Part shown: one piece after another, positions 35,914 through 45,529 of the stretch
Numbering within the stretch: the first letter of the stretch is position 1
How the letters are laid out: each line of letters begins with the position of its first letter
From: Dokdonella sp.
Lineage (GTDB): Bacteria; Pseudomonadota; Gammaproteobacteria; Xanthomonadales; Rhodanobacteraceae
Direction of reading: 5' to 3'
Length of the DNA stretch: 64,000 bases
Assembly: GCF_017744955.1 (NCBI RefSeq)
Contig: NZ_JAGIAG010000018.1
Coordinates: forward strand, 235,960-299,959
Program-made: the position numbers and the translations under genes
Notes under the pieces: generated by a model
Database searches by the model: none
Told to the model about the DNA's origin: nothing
What the model saw: the letters and a program-made list of their open reading frames with translations, nothing else

Positions 35914-36546
35914 TCACTTCGTGCCGAAGAACCGGTCGCCGGCGTCGCCGAGTCCCGGCACGATGTAGCCGTGATCGTTCAAGCCCTCGTCGATCGCGGC
36001 GGTGTAGATCGGCACTTCGGGATGATGCTGGTGCAGGTGCGCGATGCCTTCCGGCGCGCTGACCAGGCAGACGTAGCGGATCGAGCGCGGCTGGGTTTCC
36101 TTCAGCCGGTCCAGCGCGGCGACCGCGGAATGGCCGGTGGCGAGCATCGGGTCGACCACGATCGCGTCGCGTTCGCGCATGCCGCGCGGCATCTTGAAGT
36201 AGTACTCGACCGCACGCAGGGTGTGCGGATCGCGATACAGGCCGACGTGACCGACGCGCGCGCCCGGCACCACGTCGAGCATGCCGTCGAGGATGCCGAT
36301 GCCGGCGCGCAGGATCGCCACGAAGACAGTCTTCTTGCCGTCGATCAGCCGCCCGACGGTCGGCGCCACCGGCGTCTCGATCGCGACCTCGCACAGCGGC
36401 AGGTCGCGCGTGACCTCGTAGGCCATCAGCGCCGACAGCTCGCCGAGCAGGCGGCGGAAGTCGGCCGTGCTGGTGGTCTTGCGGCGCAGCAGGGTCAGCT
36501 TGTGCTGCACCAGCGGATGGTCGATGACTTGGACGGCGGCGGGCAT
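35914..36546 (-). CDS. upp: Uracil phosphoribosyltransferase
   Basis: 210 aa: [30 protein letters not shown] site [33 protein letters not shown]. Confidence 0.93.
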   Translation of the reverse strand: MPAAVQVIDHPLVQHKLTLLRRKTTSTADFRRLLGELSALMAYEVTRDLPLCEVAIETPVAPTVGRLIDGKKTVFVAILRAGIGILDGMLDVVPGARVGHVGLYRDPHTLRAVEYYFKMPRGMRERDAIVVDPMLATGHSAVAALDRLKETQPRSIRYVCLVSAPEGIAHLHQHHPEVPIYTAAIDEGLNDHGYIVPGLGDAGDRFFGTK

Positions 36547-36666
36547 GCGACCTCCTCGGATGCGGAAGCCGGAACGATAGCGCGGGTGCCCGCAAGATCG
36601 TCAATGGTCGAGGCGTCGCGGTACGCAGATGGGCGTCCGCATCGCCCGCGTACCGCTCGGGCGTGG

Positions 36667-36870
36667 TCAGCGACCATCGATGCGCGCTCGCGCCTTCGGC
36701 TCGCCGAAGGTGAGCCAGAAGCGGTTGCAGTCGCGGATGATGAACTCGCGCACGCCGTAGGCGGTGTCGTGCAGCGCCTCGACGACCTCGACGCGACCGG
36801 CCAGCCGCGCGAACAGCGCGTCGACGTCTCGCACAGGCAAGTAGAAGATGTCGCCACGCTGGCCGCGCGG
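36667..36870 (-). pseudogene. Start-less remnant encoding the C-terminal half of a VOC/bleomycin-resistance-type protein
   Basis: Own translation of the minus strand: PRGQRGDIFYLPVRDVDALFARLAGRVEVVEALHDTAYGVREFIIRDCNRFWLTFGEPKARARIDGR*. The frame is +1 relative to the VOC gene stop at 36872-36874. No start codon yields an ORF of 60 aa or more in this frame. Confidence 0.45.
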
Positions 36871-36871
36871 T

Positions 36872-37276
36872 TCAGGGCTTCGATGACCCCTGGAAGCACA
36901 GCACGTAGCCGTCCGGATCGGAGAGGTACAGCTGCTTCATGCCGTAGCCGGTCGTCGTCGGCGGGTCGAGCGCGAGCCCCTTGGCGAGGAAATAGGCATG
37001 GGCGGCGTCGACGTCGGGGCAGGCGAAGAACAGTCCCGTGTCGCGATGCGCGGCGACCCGTCCCGCTGCGGGAGCGGGCGGCCGGTGATCGGCTTCGTAG
37101 GCGGTGTTGAGCATCAGATCGACCGCGCCGCGGCGCAGCCAGATCCAGTCGCAGCGCTCGCCGCCGCCGGAATCCTGCACGCGCTCGAAGCCGAGCAGGT
37201 CGCGGTAGAACGCCAGCGACACCGGCATGTCGAACACCTGCAGCAGCGGAACCATGCCTTCGACGCGCAGAGTCAT
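36872..37276 (-). CDS. VOC-family (glyoxalase/bleomycin resistance/dioxygenase fold) protein
   Basis: 134 aa from ATG 37274-37276: [23 protein letters not shown]...[13 protein letters not shown]...[18 protein letters not shown]. Confidence 0.8.
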   Translation of the reverse strand: MTLRVEGMVPLLQVFDMPVSLAFYRDLLGFERVQDSGGGERCDWIWLRRGAVDLMLNTAYEADHRPPAPAAGRVAAHRDTGLFFACPDVDAAHAYFLAKGLALDPPTTTGYGMKQLYLSDPDGYVLCFQGSSKP

Positions 37277-37455
37277 CGCAGCCTCCCCTCGCGTCACGCG
37301 AGGCAGCCGATCGAGCCGGCACGATTGTAGGGACATTCGGCCGACCTGCCGAGGCCGCCCCTGCCGCCAGGTTGGGCTGTGCGGCGCCCGCCCGTACAAT
37401 CGGCGTCCCGCCTCAACTTCGCGGCCCGCTCGCGCGGGACGCCGCCCCGACGCCG

Positions 37456-40299
37456 ATGGAAAAAAGTTTCGAACCCAGCCAGATCGAATCGAAGTGGTAC
37501 GCGCAGTGGGAAGCGCAGGGCGATTTCCAGCCGCGCGGCGACGGCGCGCCTTACTGCATCCTGCTGCCGCCGCCGAACGTCACCGGCACGCTGCACATGG
37601 GCCACGCGTTCCAGCAGACGGTCATGGACGCGCTGACGCGCTATCACCGCATGCGCGGCTTCCGCACGCTGTGGCAAGGCGGCACCGACCACGCCGGCAT
37701 CGCCACCCAGAAGATCGTCGAGAACCAGCTCGCGGCGGAAGGCAAGTCGCGCCACGATCTCGGCCGCGCGACGTTCGTCGAGCGCGTCTGGAAGTGGAAG
37801 GAGGAATCCGGCTCGACGATCACCCACCAGATGCGCCGCCTCGGCGCGTCGGTCGACTGGTCGCGCGAGCGCTTCACGATGGACGCTGGCCTGTCGGCGG
37901 CGGTCAAGCGCGTGTTCGTGCAGTGGTATCGCGACGGCCTGATCTACCGCGGCCGGCGTCTGGTCAACTGGGACCCGGTGCTGATGACGGCCGTGTCCGA
38001 CCTGGAGGTCGACAACCAGGAGAAGGAAGGCTCGCTGTGGTCGATCCGCTATCCGGCGAGCGACGGCGGCGAAGGCCTCGTCGTCGCCACGACGCGACCG
38101 GAAACGATGCTCGGCGACGTCGCGGTGGCGGTGCACCCGGAAGACGAGCGCTACCAGGCGCTGATCGGCAAGACGCTGACCTTGCCGCTGACCGGCCGCG
38201 AGATCCCGGTGATTGCCGACGACTACGTCGACCGCGAGTTCGGCACCGGTTGCGTCAAGATCACGCCGGCGCACGACTTCAACGACTGGCAGATCGGCGC
38301 GCGGCACCAGCTGACGCCGATCACGATCCTGACCCTCGACGCGAAGATCAACGACGAAGCGCCTGCGAAGTATCGCGGCCTCGACCGCTTCGCCGCGCGC
38401 AAGGCCGTGCTCGCCGACCTGGAAGCCGAAGGCCTGCTGGTCGAGACCAGGAAGCACAAGCTGCAGGTGCCGGTCAGCCAGCGCACCGACGCGGTGATCG
38501 AGCCGATGCTGACCGACCAGTGGTTCCTCGATCTGACCAGCGAGGCGCGCGTCGACGGCAAGCCCGGTCCGGGCGGACGCAAGGCGATCACCGAGCCCGC
38601 GCTCGCCGCCGTGCGTGACGGCGAGATCCGATTCGTGCCGGAGAACTGGGCGACGACCTACAACCAGTGGCTGGAGAACATCCAGGACTGGTGCGTCAGC
38701 CGCCAGCTTTGGTGGGGCCACCAGATTCCCGCCTGGTACGACGAGGCCGGCAACATCTTCGTCGGCGAGGACGAGGCCGACGCGCTCGCCCACGCCGGCG
38801 TGACGCCGGTCGGCGCGCTGAAGCAGGACGACGACGTGCTCGACACCTGGTTCTCCTCCGCGCTGTGGCCGTTCTCGACGATGGGCTGGCCGTCCGATGC
38901 GCCGGTGCGCGACGCAAACGGCAACGTCATCGCGAACTGGCCGCAGGACCAGGCGTTCCTGCCGAGCGCGGTGCTCGTCACCGGCTTCGACATCATCTTC
39001 TTCTGGGTCGCGCGCATGGTGATGGCGACGCAGTACTTCACCGGCAAGGTGCCCTTCCGCGAGGTCTACATCAACGCCATCGTGCGCGACGCCGAAGGCC
39101 AGAAGATGTCCAAGTCGAAGGGCAACACGCTCGACCCGCTCGACCTGATCGACGGCATCGACCTCGAATCGCTGGTGAAGAAATCGACCGCCTCGCTGCT
39201 GATCCCGCAGGTGCGCGAGAAAGTCGAGAAGCGCGTGCGCAAGGACTATCCCGACGGCATCGCCGCGGTCGGCACCGACGCGCTGCGCTTCACGTTCGCC
39301 GCGCTCGCCACCTACGGCCGCACGATCAACTTCGACCTCAAGCGCGCCGAGGGCTACAAGGCGTTCTGCAACAAGCTGTGGAACGCGGCGCGCTTCGTGC
39401 TGATGAACACCGAGGCCGCCCCGACCGCGGCGGGACCGGGCGCTCTCGCGCCGAGGACCGCGGCGGAGAAGTGGATCGTCGCGCGCCTGCGCGCCACGCT
39501 CGTCGAGGTCGAGGCGCAGATGAAGCTCTACCGCTTCGACCTCGTCGCGCAGGCGCTGTACGAATTCGTCTGGAACGAATACTGCGACTGGTTCGTCGAG
39601 CTGGCCAAGCCGGCGCTCGGCGGCGAGGACAAGGCCGCGGCGGAATCGACGCGGCACACCCTGCTCGCGGTGCTCGAAGCCGCGCTGCGCGCGCTGCACC
39701 CGATCACGCCGTTCATCACCGAGGAAATCTATCAATCGGTCGCGCCGCTGCTCGGCTTGAAGGAAACCAGCATCACGCAGCGCAGCTACCCGCGCACCGA
39801 GGAGCTGCCGGCCGACGACGCCGCGGCCAGCGCCGACGTCGAATGGCTGCGCGCCGTGCTGACGCAGATCCGCCGCATCCGCAGCGAGATGAACATCGCG
39901 CCGGGCAAGGCGATTCCGTTGCTGTACGCGAACGGCGGCGCGACCGATCGCGCGCGCACCGACGAGTTCGCCGCGCAGATCGCTTTCCTCGCCAAAGCCG
40001 AATCGCAGCGCTGGCTCGACGCCGGCGAAGCGGAGCCGGCCGCCGCGGCCGCGGTCGTCGGCGAGATGAAGCTGCTGATCCCGCTCGCCGGCCTGATCGA
40101 CCTCGCCGCGGAAAGGGCGCGCCTGGAGAAGGAAATCAAGCGCCTCGACGGCGAGATCGCCAAATCCAGCGCCAAGCTTGCCAACTTCGGCCCGAAGACG
40201 CCGCCCAACGTCGTCGAGCAGGAAAAACAGCGCGTCGCCGAATTCGGCGCGACGCTGGCCGCCCTGCAAGAGCAGTCCGCCAAGCTCGGCGCATTGTAG
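37456..40299 (+). CDS. valS: Valyl-tRNA synthetase
   Basis: 947 aa from ATG 37456. HIGH motif [18 protein letters not shown] motif KMSKSKGN, and a C-terminal coiled coil. Confidence 0.95.
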   Translation: MEKSFEPSQIESKWYAQWEAQGDFQPRGDGAPYCILLPPPNVTGTLHMGHAFQQTVMDALTRYHRMRGFRTLWQGGTDHAGIATQKIVENQLAAEGKSRHDLGRATFVERVWKWKEESGSTITHQMRRLGASVDWSRERFTMDAGLSAAVKRVFVQWYRDGLIYRGRRLVNWDPVLMTAVSDLEVDNQEKEGSLWSIRYPASDGGEGLVVATTRPETMLGDVAVAVHPEDERYQALIGKTLTLPLTGREIPVIADDYVDREFGTGCVKITPAHDFNDWQIGARHQLTPITILTLDAKINDEAPAKYRGLDRFAARKAVLADLEAEGLLVETRKHKLQVPVSQRTDAVIEPMLTDQWFLDLTSEARVDGKPGPGGRKAITEPALAAVRDGEIRFVPENWATTYNQWLENIQDWCVSRQLWWGHQIPAWYDEAGNIFVGEDEADALAHAGVTPVGALKQDDDVLDTWFSSALWPFSTMGWPSDAPVRDANGNVIANWPQDQAFLPSAVLVTGFDIIFFWVARMVMATQYFTGKVPFREVYINAIVRDAEGQKMSKSKGNTLDPLDLIDGIDLESLVKKSTASLLIPQVREKVEKRVRKDYPDGIAAVGTDALRFTFAALATYGRTINFDLKRAEGYKAFCNKLWNAARFVLMNTEAAPTAAGPGALAPRTAAEKWIVARLRATLVEVEAQMKLYRFDLVAQALYEFVWNEYCDWFVELAKPALGGEDKAAAESTRHTLLAVLEAALRALHPITPFITEEIYQSVAPLLGLKETSITQRSYPRTEELPADDAAASADVEWLRAVLTQIRRIRSEMNIAPGKAIPLLYANGGATDRARTDEFAAQIAFLAKAESQRWLDAGEAEPAAAAAVVGEMKLLIPLAGLIDLAAERARLEKEIKRLDGEIAKSSAKLANFGPKTPPNVVEQEKQRVAEFGATLAALQEQSAKLGAL

Positions 40300-40351
40300 A
40301 GTCCGCTCCGGTGCGCCGGCCGGGCAGCCGGCGCCATTCGAGGAGGTCGCC

Positions 40352-40954
40352 GTGACGCTCGCCACCCTGGTCAACATCGGCAGCCTGATCAGCAGCGTCG
40401 CGGTGCTGATCTCCCTGGTCTACCTGAACCGGCAGATCCGCCAGGGCGCGCTGAACCAGCGGTCGAAGATGGACCGCGGCCGCTCGCAGCAGGTCGGCGA
40501 GTGGCTGCAATACATTTCGCAGCCCGAAGTCGCCGCGCTGGTGCTGCGCGGCCACGCCGGCGATCCGACGCTGACCATGCTCGAATGCCATCGCTACCTG
40601 TGGACGATGTATCCGCTGATCCTGCATTTCGAGGACAGCTACTACCAGCATCGCGACGGCATGATCAGCGAGGCGCAGTACGCCTCGATCATCGGCCATC
40701 TCAGATCGCGCTGTCCCTCGCCCGGCTTCCGCGCGCTGTGGCAGCACGTGCGCGCGCGTTTTCCGTCCGACTTCGCCGCCTTCGTCGACGGCATCCTGCG
40801 CGAGACGCCGGTGTCGGTCGATGCGGATACGGAATGGACGGCGAGGTGGCGCGAGGATGCCGCCGCGGATGCGAACCGGGAGAAGCCGCGTCATCCCGAC
40901 GACGGCGGGGCTGCGAAGGCAGCGATGTCGCAGCGTTCCGCTTCTACGGAATGA
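40352..40954 (+). CDS. Hypothetical membrane-anchored protein
   Basis: 200 aa from GTG 40352, preceded by GAGGAGG. N-terminal TM helix LVNIGSLISSVAVLISLVYL. GC3-rich frame with no recognisable motif. Confidence 0.6.
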   Translation: MTLATLVNIGSLISSVAVLISLVYLNRQIRQGALNQRSKMDRGRSQQVGEWLQYISQPEVAALVLRGHAGDPTLTMLECHRYLWTMYPLILHFEDSYYQHRDGMISEAQYASIIGHLRSRCPSPGFRALWQHVRARFPSDFAAFVDGILRETPVSVDADTEWTARWREDAAADANREKPRHPDDGGAAKAAMSQRSASTE

Positions 40955-41006
40955 CGGCCTTCGAGGCTGTTCGAGGCGCCCGAGCCGCCGCCGAACGCGC
41001 CTGCAC

Positions 41007-41489
41007 TCACTCGCCCGCGCCGAGAAGCTCCATCGCCATCACCAGCGCGTCCTCGCGCCCTTTCTTGGCCGGGTAGTAGTTCGGGCGGCGACCGAACTCG
41101 TTGAAGCCGATCGACTCGTACAAGGCGATCGCGCGCGGATTCGACGGCCGCACTTCGAGGAAGACGCGCTCGCTGCGATGCCAGCGCGCGAGATCGAGCA
41201 GGCGGCCGACGATGCGACGCCCGTAGCCGCGGCCCTGCTGCGACGGTGCCACGCAGACGTTCAGGATGTGCGCCTCGTTGGCGCCGGTCGACAGCACGCC
41301 GTAGCCGGCGATCGTGCTCTCCTGCACCAGCACGACGCATTCGTAGCCGGCGCGCAGACAGTCGGCGAAGATCGCGCGGCTCCACGGGAACGCGTAGGCG
41401 GCAGCCTCGAGCGCGGCGACGCGATCGAGATCCTCCGCACGCATGCGGCGGAATTCGGCCGGGGATTGATGGGGAATCGCTACCACCAC
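41007..41489 (-). CDS. rimI: Ribosomal-protein-alanine N-acetyltransferase RimI (GNAT)
   Basis: GNAT core HILNVCVAPSQQGRGYGRRIV...VFLEVRPSNPRAIALYESIGFNEFGRRPNYYP. The start is uncertain: GTG 41487-41489 gives 160 aa, ATG 41442-41444 gives 145 aa. Confidence 0.85.
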   Translation of the reverse strand: MVVAIPHQSPAEFRRMRAEDLDRVAALEAAAYAFPWSRAIFADCLRAGYECVVLVQESTIAGYGVLSTGANEAHILNVCVAPSQQGRGYGRRIVGRLLDLARWHRSERVFLEVRPSNPRAIALYESIGFNEFGRRPNYYPAKKGREDALVMAMELLGAGE

Positions 41490-41702
41490 TAGCTCACTTT
41501 CCCGTCGAGGACCTTCGCGTCGATTCGCCGCGCGCTCGAGTCCGGCACGGCGTTGGTCTTTCCGCTGACGAAAGGGAACGCGCTGCGGATGGAGTCCGGC
41601 GTCGACGCGCAGTCGTGAAGAACATCGCAAACCGCAGCACGTGCCTCCCCTTACGCGCCTTCCACCGCCGGAGAGCGATCGTCGCCCCGGCACGAGGCGG
41701 CG

Positions 41703-42200
41703 TCATCCTCGCCGCTCGCCTTCGCTCAGCGTCCGCACCACGCGCCGCAGCTCGCTCCACAGTGCGCGCTTGGCCCGCGCGTCGCCGACCAGCGCCGCGA
41801 CGTCGCCGCTGACGATCCAGCCGATTTCGCGCTGGCGTTGCGCCGGCAGCAAGGCGCCGACCGCGCGCACCGGCGCTTCGCCGAACAGCACCAGCGCACG
41901 CGCCGCCTGCAGCATCGTTTCGTCGGGCGTTTCGCAAGCCGCGCAGTCGATGCGCGCGAAGCGCAGTGCGCGCGCGACGTCGGCGAGCAGCATCGCCGGC
42001 TTCGCCGTCGCCTGCCCGACCAGCAGCACACCGGCCGACGCCGCCGTGGCGACCGCCGGCTGCGCGACCACCGGCGCGCCCGGCGCCGCCGGTTCGCGCG
42101 ACGGCTCGGCGCGCATCCGCAGCGCCTCGCCGCGCGATCGCGGCACGTAGACGTCGATGCCCATTTCGGCGAGCCGGGCGAGGCTCGATTCATCCAGCAT
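41703..42200 (-). CDS. holD: DNA polymerase III psi subunit-like protein
   Basis: 165 aa from ATG 42198-42200. Directly upstream of rimI, as holD is in E. coli and pseudomonads. Blocks resemble E. coli psi as I recall it: LARLAEMGIDVYVPR vs LQQLGITQWSLR, LLADVARAL vs LVSDVLRAL, AKRALWSEL vs ARAALWQQI. Confidence 0.6.
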   Translation of the reverse strand: MLDESSLARLAEMGIDVYVPRSRGEALRMRAEPSREPAAPGAPVVAQPAVATAASAGVLLVGQATAKPAMLLADVARALRFARIDCAACETPDETMLQAARALVLFGEAPVRAVGALLPAQRQREIGWIVSGDVAALVGDARAKRALWSELRRVVRTLSEGERRG

Positions 42201-42798
42201 GGGGACTCTTCCGGCGCAGGTCCTGATGGAATTTCGCAAAGATCTCGTCGAGCGCGGCGCCGTAGGCGTCGACCGTCGTTTTCAGGTCGTCGCCGGCGGC
42301 CGGCTGCTCGGACCGATAATACTCGTCGAGCAGGGACGCGCCATCCGCCGCGTCCACGCGCATGTGCAGGCCGACCACCGCCTGGTAGCCGCCGCCCGCC
42401 GTCGGCACGCGATCGAAGCGCAGAATGGCCCCGCGAACCCGCGCCGCCTTCGCACTGACCGGCAACTCGTCGGTCACCAGCGCGGCGACGCCGGCGTCGC
42501 GCAGCAGTTCGATCAGGCGCCGCTGCAGCACGCGCGGCGGCGAGTCGGTCCACAATTGATAGTGGTACTGGCGCACTTCCTGCGCGGCCGGATCGAGCGC
42601 GTAGATCAGTGCCTGGTCGCCGTAGATGCCGCCCGCGCCGAACAGCTCGACCACCAGGGCGCCTTGCAGCAGCGGCGCCGCGTCGACCGGCAGCGGCTGC
42701 GGGCGCGGCAGGCGGTAGTAGGTGAAGTCCGGCACCGGCGGCACGTGGCAGGCGCTCAGTACGGCCGCTCCCAACAGCGCGATCCACAGGCGTTTCAT
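42190..42798 (-). CDS. ABC-type transport auxiliary lipoprotein (DUF330/PqiC-like)
   Basis: 202 aa. Lipobox MKRLWIALLGAAVLSAC. Its ATG overlaps the MCE gene stop (ATGA). Typical partner of MCE transporters. Confidence 0.75.
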   Translation of the reverse strand: MKRLWIALLGAAVLSACHVPPVPDFTYYRLPRPQPLPVDAAPLLQGALVVELFGAGGIYGDQALIYALDPAAQEVRQYHYQLWTDSPPRVLQRRLIELLRDAGVAALVTDELPVSAKAARVRGAILRFDRVPTAGGGYQAVVGLHMRVDAADGASLLDEYYRSEQPAAGDDLKTTVDAYGAALDEIFAKFHQDLRRKSPHAG

Positions 42799-43721
42799 CG
42801 CGACCCCTCGTCGAGCTTGTCCGCTTTCGGCGCGACGATCAGCCGATTCGGATGCTGGCGGATCTCGCGGCTGAATTCGTTCACGTAGCGGCTGGCGGAT
42901 TCGAGGTTGTGCATGATCACGTCCATGCGGCTGGACAAGGCCTGCAGCGTACCGGTGAGATCTTCGACCGAGCGGCGCAGGTCGGCGCGATTGTCCCTGG
43001 CGATGCCGGCGACGTCACCGAGCGCGCCGTCGAGCGTCTCGCGCGTCTTGCGCAATTCGCCGCTCAGCTTGCTGATCTCCGTCAGCGCGTGCGCGACGGC
43101 GCTGCGGTTCTCCGGCCGCAGCACGTCGTTCAGCGCGTCCGAGGCGCGGTTGACGCGTTCGAGCAGGCCGCGCGTTTCCTCCAGGATGCGCGGCGTGCTC
43201 TGGTCGAGCGCGCCGGTGATCGAATCCACGCGCTGCGACAGCGTCTGGATCAGCGGGGAAATCTGCGTGCGCGTCAGCGTGCCGACCTCGGTCGCCAGTT
43301 CGTTCATCGCGGCGAACACGTTGGCGCCTTCCTCGCCCTTCAGTTCCGCGCCGGGCGCGAGCAGGTCGCGGCTGCTGCCTTCGCGGATGCCGACCGCGAC
43401 GTCGGCGAGCAGGCCGCTCGACTGCAGCCGCGCGACGCTGTCCTTCGGGATCGGCCAGTCGCGACGGACTTCCAGCTCGACCTTGTAGCGCGTCCCGTCG
43501 GCGCCGTGCTGCGGCGTCACGGTTCCGACCTGGCCGACGCGATAGCCCTGATAGAACACCGGCGCGCCGTCGCGCAGGCCGGTCACGTCACGATAGACGA
43601 CGAGGTAGCGCTGCGTGGCGAAACCGTGGCCGCCGATCAGGGCGAGTCCGACCAGCAGCAAGGCCAGCGCGGCCAGCACGACGGTGCCGACGAGGACGTA
43701 GTTGACCGTGTCGCGTCTCAC
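42795..43721 (-). CDS. MCE/MlaD-family substrate-binding protein
   Basis: 308 aa from GTG. N-terminal TM anchor, MCE domain (YLVVYRDVTGLRDGAPVFYQGYRVGQVGTV...VARLQSSGLLADVAVGI), and a long helical C-terminus. Confidence 0.85.
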   Translation of the reverse strand: MRRDTVNYVLVGTVVLAALALLLVGLALIGGHGFATQRYLVVYRDVTGLRDGAPVFYQGYRVGQVGTVTPQHGADGTRYKVELEVRRDWPIPKDSVARLQSSGLLADVAVGIREGSSRDLLAPGAELKGEEGANVFAAMNELATEVGTLTRTQISPLIQTLSQRVDSITGALDQSTPRILEETRGLLERVNRASDALNDVLRPENRSAVAHALTEISKLSGELRKTRETLDGALGDVAGIARDNRADLRRSVEDLTGTLQALSSRMDVIMHNLESASRYVNEFSREIRQHPNRLIVAPKADKLDEGSR

Positions 43722-43782
43722 ATTCGCTCCGCATCCCCATGCGCCGTGCCGAACGATCTCGCCGCGACGCGTCGAAACTCTA

Positions 43783-44583
43783 TCAGGCTTCCTCTTCGGT
43801 GAGCCGTCGCAGATACGCGTCCGCGTCGACCTGCACCTCGCGCGGACGCCGGTTCAACAGGTCCTGGATGCGCTCGTTCGGCGCGGCGCGCACCGCCGCG
43901 GCCGGACCGGTCATCAGGACCTCGCCGGCGTCGAGCACGGTGATCGTGTCGGCGATCTTGAACGCGCTTTCCAGCTCGTGCGTGACGACGACGATGGTCA
44001 TGCGCAGCGCGTCGCGCAGGCGCAGGATCAGTTCATCGAGTTCGGCCGAAACGACCGGATCGAGTCCGGCCGACGGCTCGTCGAAGAAGAGCAGCCGCGG
44101 ATCCATCGCGATGGCCCGGGCGAGCGCCGCGCGCTTGACCATGCCGCCGGACAACTGGCTCGGCATCAGATCCTGGAAGCCGCCGAGATCGACCACCTCG
44201 AGCTTGAGGCGGCTCATGATGCGGATCGTCGACTCGTCCAGCCGCGTGTGCTCGCGCAGCGGCAGCGCGACGTTCTCGCCGACCGTCAGCGAGGTCAGCA
44301 GCGCACCGCCCTGGAACGACACCCCGATGCGCTTGCGCACCTCCTGCAGCTCGCGCTCGCCGGCGCGCGCGAGATCGACGCCGAACAGCTTCACCGTTCC
44401 CGCACCCGGCCGCTGCAGGCCGAGCAGATGCCGCAGCAACGTGCTCTTGCCGGAACCGGAGCCGCCCATGATCACGCGGATCTCGCCAGCGCCGACGCTG
44501 AAGTCGACGCCGTGCAGCACGCGGCGGCGGCCGTACCAGGCGTCGAGCCGCTCGACTTCGATCAGGGGGGTGGGAGCGTTCAT
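43783..44583 (-). CDS. MlaF-like ABC transporter ATP-binding protein
   Basis: 266 aa from ATG 44581-44583. Walker A GGSGSGKST, signature LSGGMVKR, Walker B LLFFDEPSAGLD. The track ORF start at 44727 reads through the heptamer tract and is rejected. Confidence 0.9.
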   Translation of the reverse strand: MNAPTPLIEVERLDAWYGRRRVLHGVDFSVGAGEIRVIMGGSGSGKSTLLRHLLGLQRPGAGTVKLFGVDLARAGERELQEVRKRIGVSFQGGALLTSLTVGENVALPLREHTRLDESTIRIMSRLKLEVVDLGGFQDLMPSQLSGGMVKRAALARAIAMDPRLLFFDEPSAGLDPVVSAELDELILRLRDALRMTIVVVTHELESAFKIADTITVLDAGEVLMTGPAAAVRAAPNERIQDLLNRRPREVQVDADAYLRRLTEEEA

Positions 44584-44610
44584 GGGTACGTTCTTGGATC
44601 GGTGCCGAAT

Positions 44611-44727
44611 GGTGAGCGGTGAGCGGTGAGCGGTGAGCGGTGAGCGGTGAGCGGTGAGCGGTGAGCGGGAAGAGCGTGACAGGCTTTTTTTCTTTTTCCG
44701 CTCACCGCTCACCGCTCGGCCGCTCAC
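44611..44727. repeat. (GGTGAGC)x8 perfect heptanucleotide tandem repeat plus inverted GCTCACC copies, in the mlaE-like / mlaF-like intergenic spacer
   Basis: Eight perfect GGTGAGC units at 44611-44666. An A/T-rich spacer with T7CT5 follows. Inverted units lie at 44700-44706 and 44707-44713 (perfect), with degenerate GCTCGGC and GCTCAC to 44727. Confidence 0.9.
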
Positions 44728-44731
44728 TCTT

Positions 44732-45529
44732 TCACCGATTGAGAAAGAAACTGAACACCATGTCCACCACGATGATCCAGCAAATCGACAGCACCACTGC
44801 CCGCGTGGTCGCGCGGCCGACGCCTTCGGCGCCGCCGGTGACCGAGAATCCCGTGCTGACGCCGATCAGGGTGATCAGCACCGCGAACACCAGACTCTTG
44901 GAAAGACCCTGCCAGACGTCGCCCGCATCCAGCAGCGACATCGTGTGCAGCAGGTAGGCGCCCGGCGTCACGTCCAGCGCCGGTGCGCTGTACAGGGCGG
45001 CGCCGAGGATCGCGGCGGCGTCGGCGACGATCGTCAGCACCGGCAGCATGACCAGCATCGCGAGCAGCGCCGGCGCGACCAGGTAGCGCACCGGATCGAT
45101 GCCGATCACCGAGAGCGCGTCGACTTCCTGCGACACCGACATCGAGCCGATGCGCGCGGCCAGCGCCGAGCCGGAACGGCCGGCGACCAGGATCGCGGTG
45201 ATCAGCGCACCGAATTCGCGCGTGACCGACTTGGCCACCGCGAGCACGACCTGCGACTGCGCACCGAACTCGCTCAGCGAGGCGATGAACTGGATGCCGA
45301 GCATCAAGCCGACGGTGAGGCCGAGCAGGGCGACGATCGGCAGGGCGTCGACACCGATCTCGCGCATCTGCCGCACCACCGGCGCGAGGCGCAGACGCTG
45401 GCCGACGCGCCAGCCGAACAACGCGTAGTAGAGCGCCTCGAGCAGCAGCATCGCGGCGTAGCCGACGCCGCCCAGCGCCTCCAGCGTGACGCGCCCCAGG
45501 CCCGCCAGCGGGCGCGTCAGCGCATTCAC
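44732..45529 (-). CDS. MlaE-family ABC transporter permease
   Basis: 265 aa from GTG 45527-45529, overlapping the STAS stop (GTGA). MlaE-type blocks REFGALITAILVAGRSGSALAA and GGAEGVGRATTRAVV. Confidence 0.88.
   Translation of the reverse strand: MNALTRPLAGLGRVTLEALGGVGYAAMLLLEALYYALFGWRVGQRLRLAPVVRQMREIGVDALPIVALLGLTVGLMLGIQFIASLSEFGAQSQVVLAVAKSVTREFGALITAILVAGRSGSALAARIGSMSVSQEVDALSVIGIDPVRYLVAPALLAMLVMLPVLTIVADAAAILGAALYSAPALDVTPGAYLLHTMSLLDAGDVWQGLSKSLVFAVLITLIGVSTGFSVTGGAEGVGRATTRAVVLSICWIIVVDMVFSFFLNR

Noticed and set aside
41490-41702. Possible small gene or N-terminal extension of rimI in the holD-like / rimI spacer
   Set aside because: The in-frame extension (track ORF start 41693) translates to an Arg/Gly-rich string (MPGRRSLSGGGRRVRGG...) with no GNAT similarity. 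No alternative ORF or obvious RNA structure was found, and the gap remains unexplained.
44611-44666. Possibility that the GGTGAGC tract is a CRISPR array or part of a coding repeat
   Set aside because: The units are 7 nt with no spacers, so this is not a CRISPR array. The only frame reading through it (track ORF start 44727) needs a GTG start with no RBS and adds a nonsensical RSPLTAH/KKKK leader to an ATPase that has a normal ATG at 44583.
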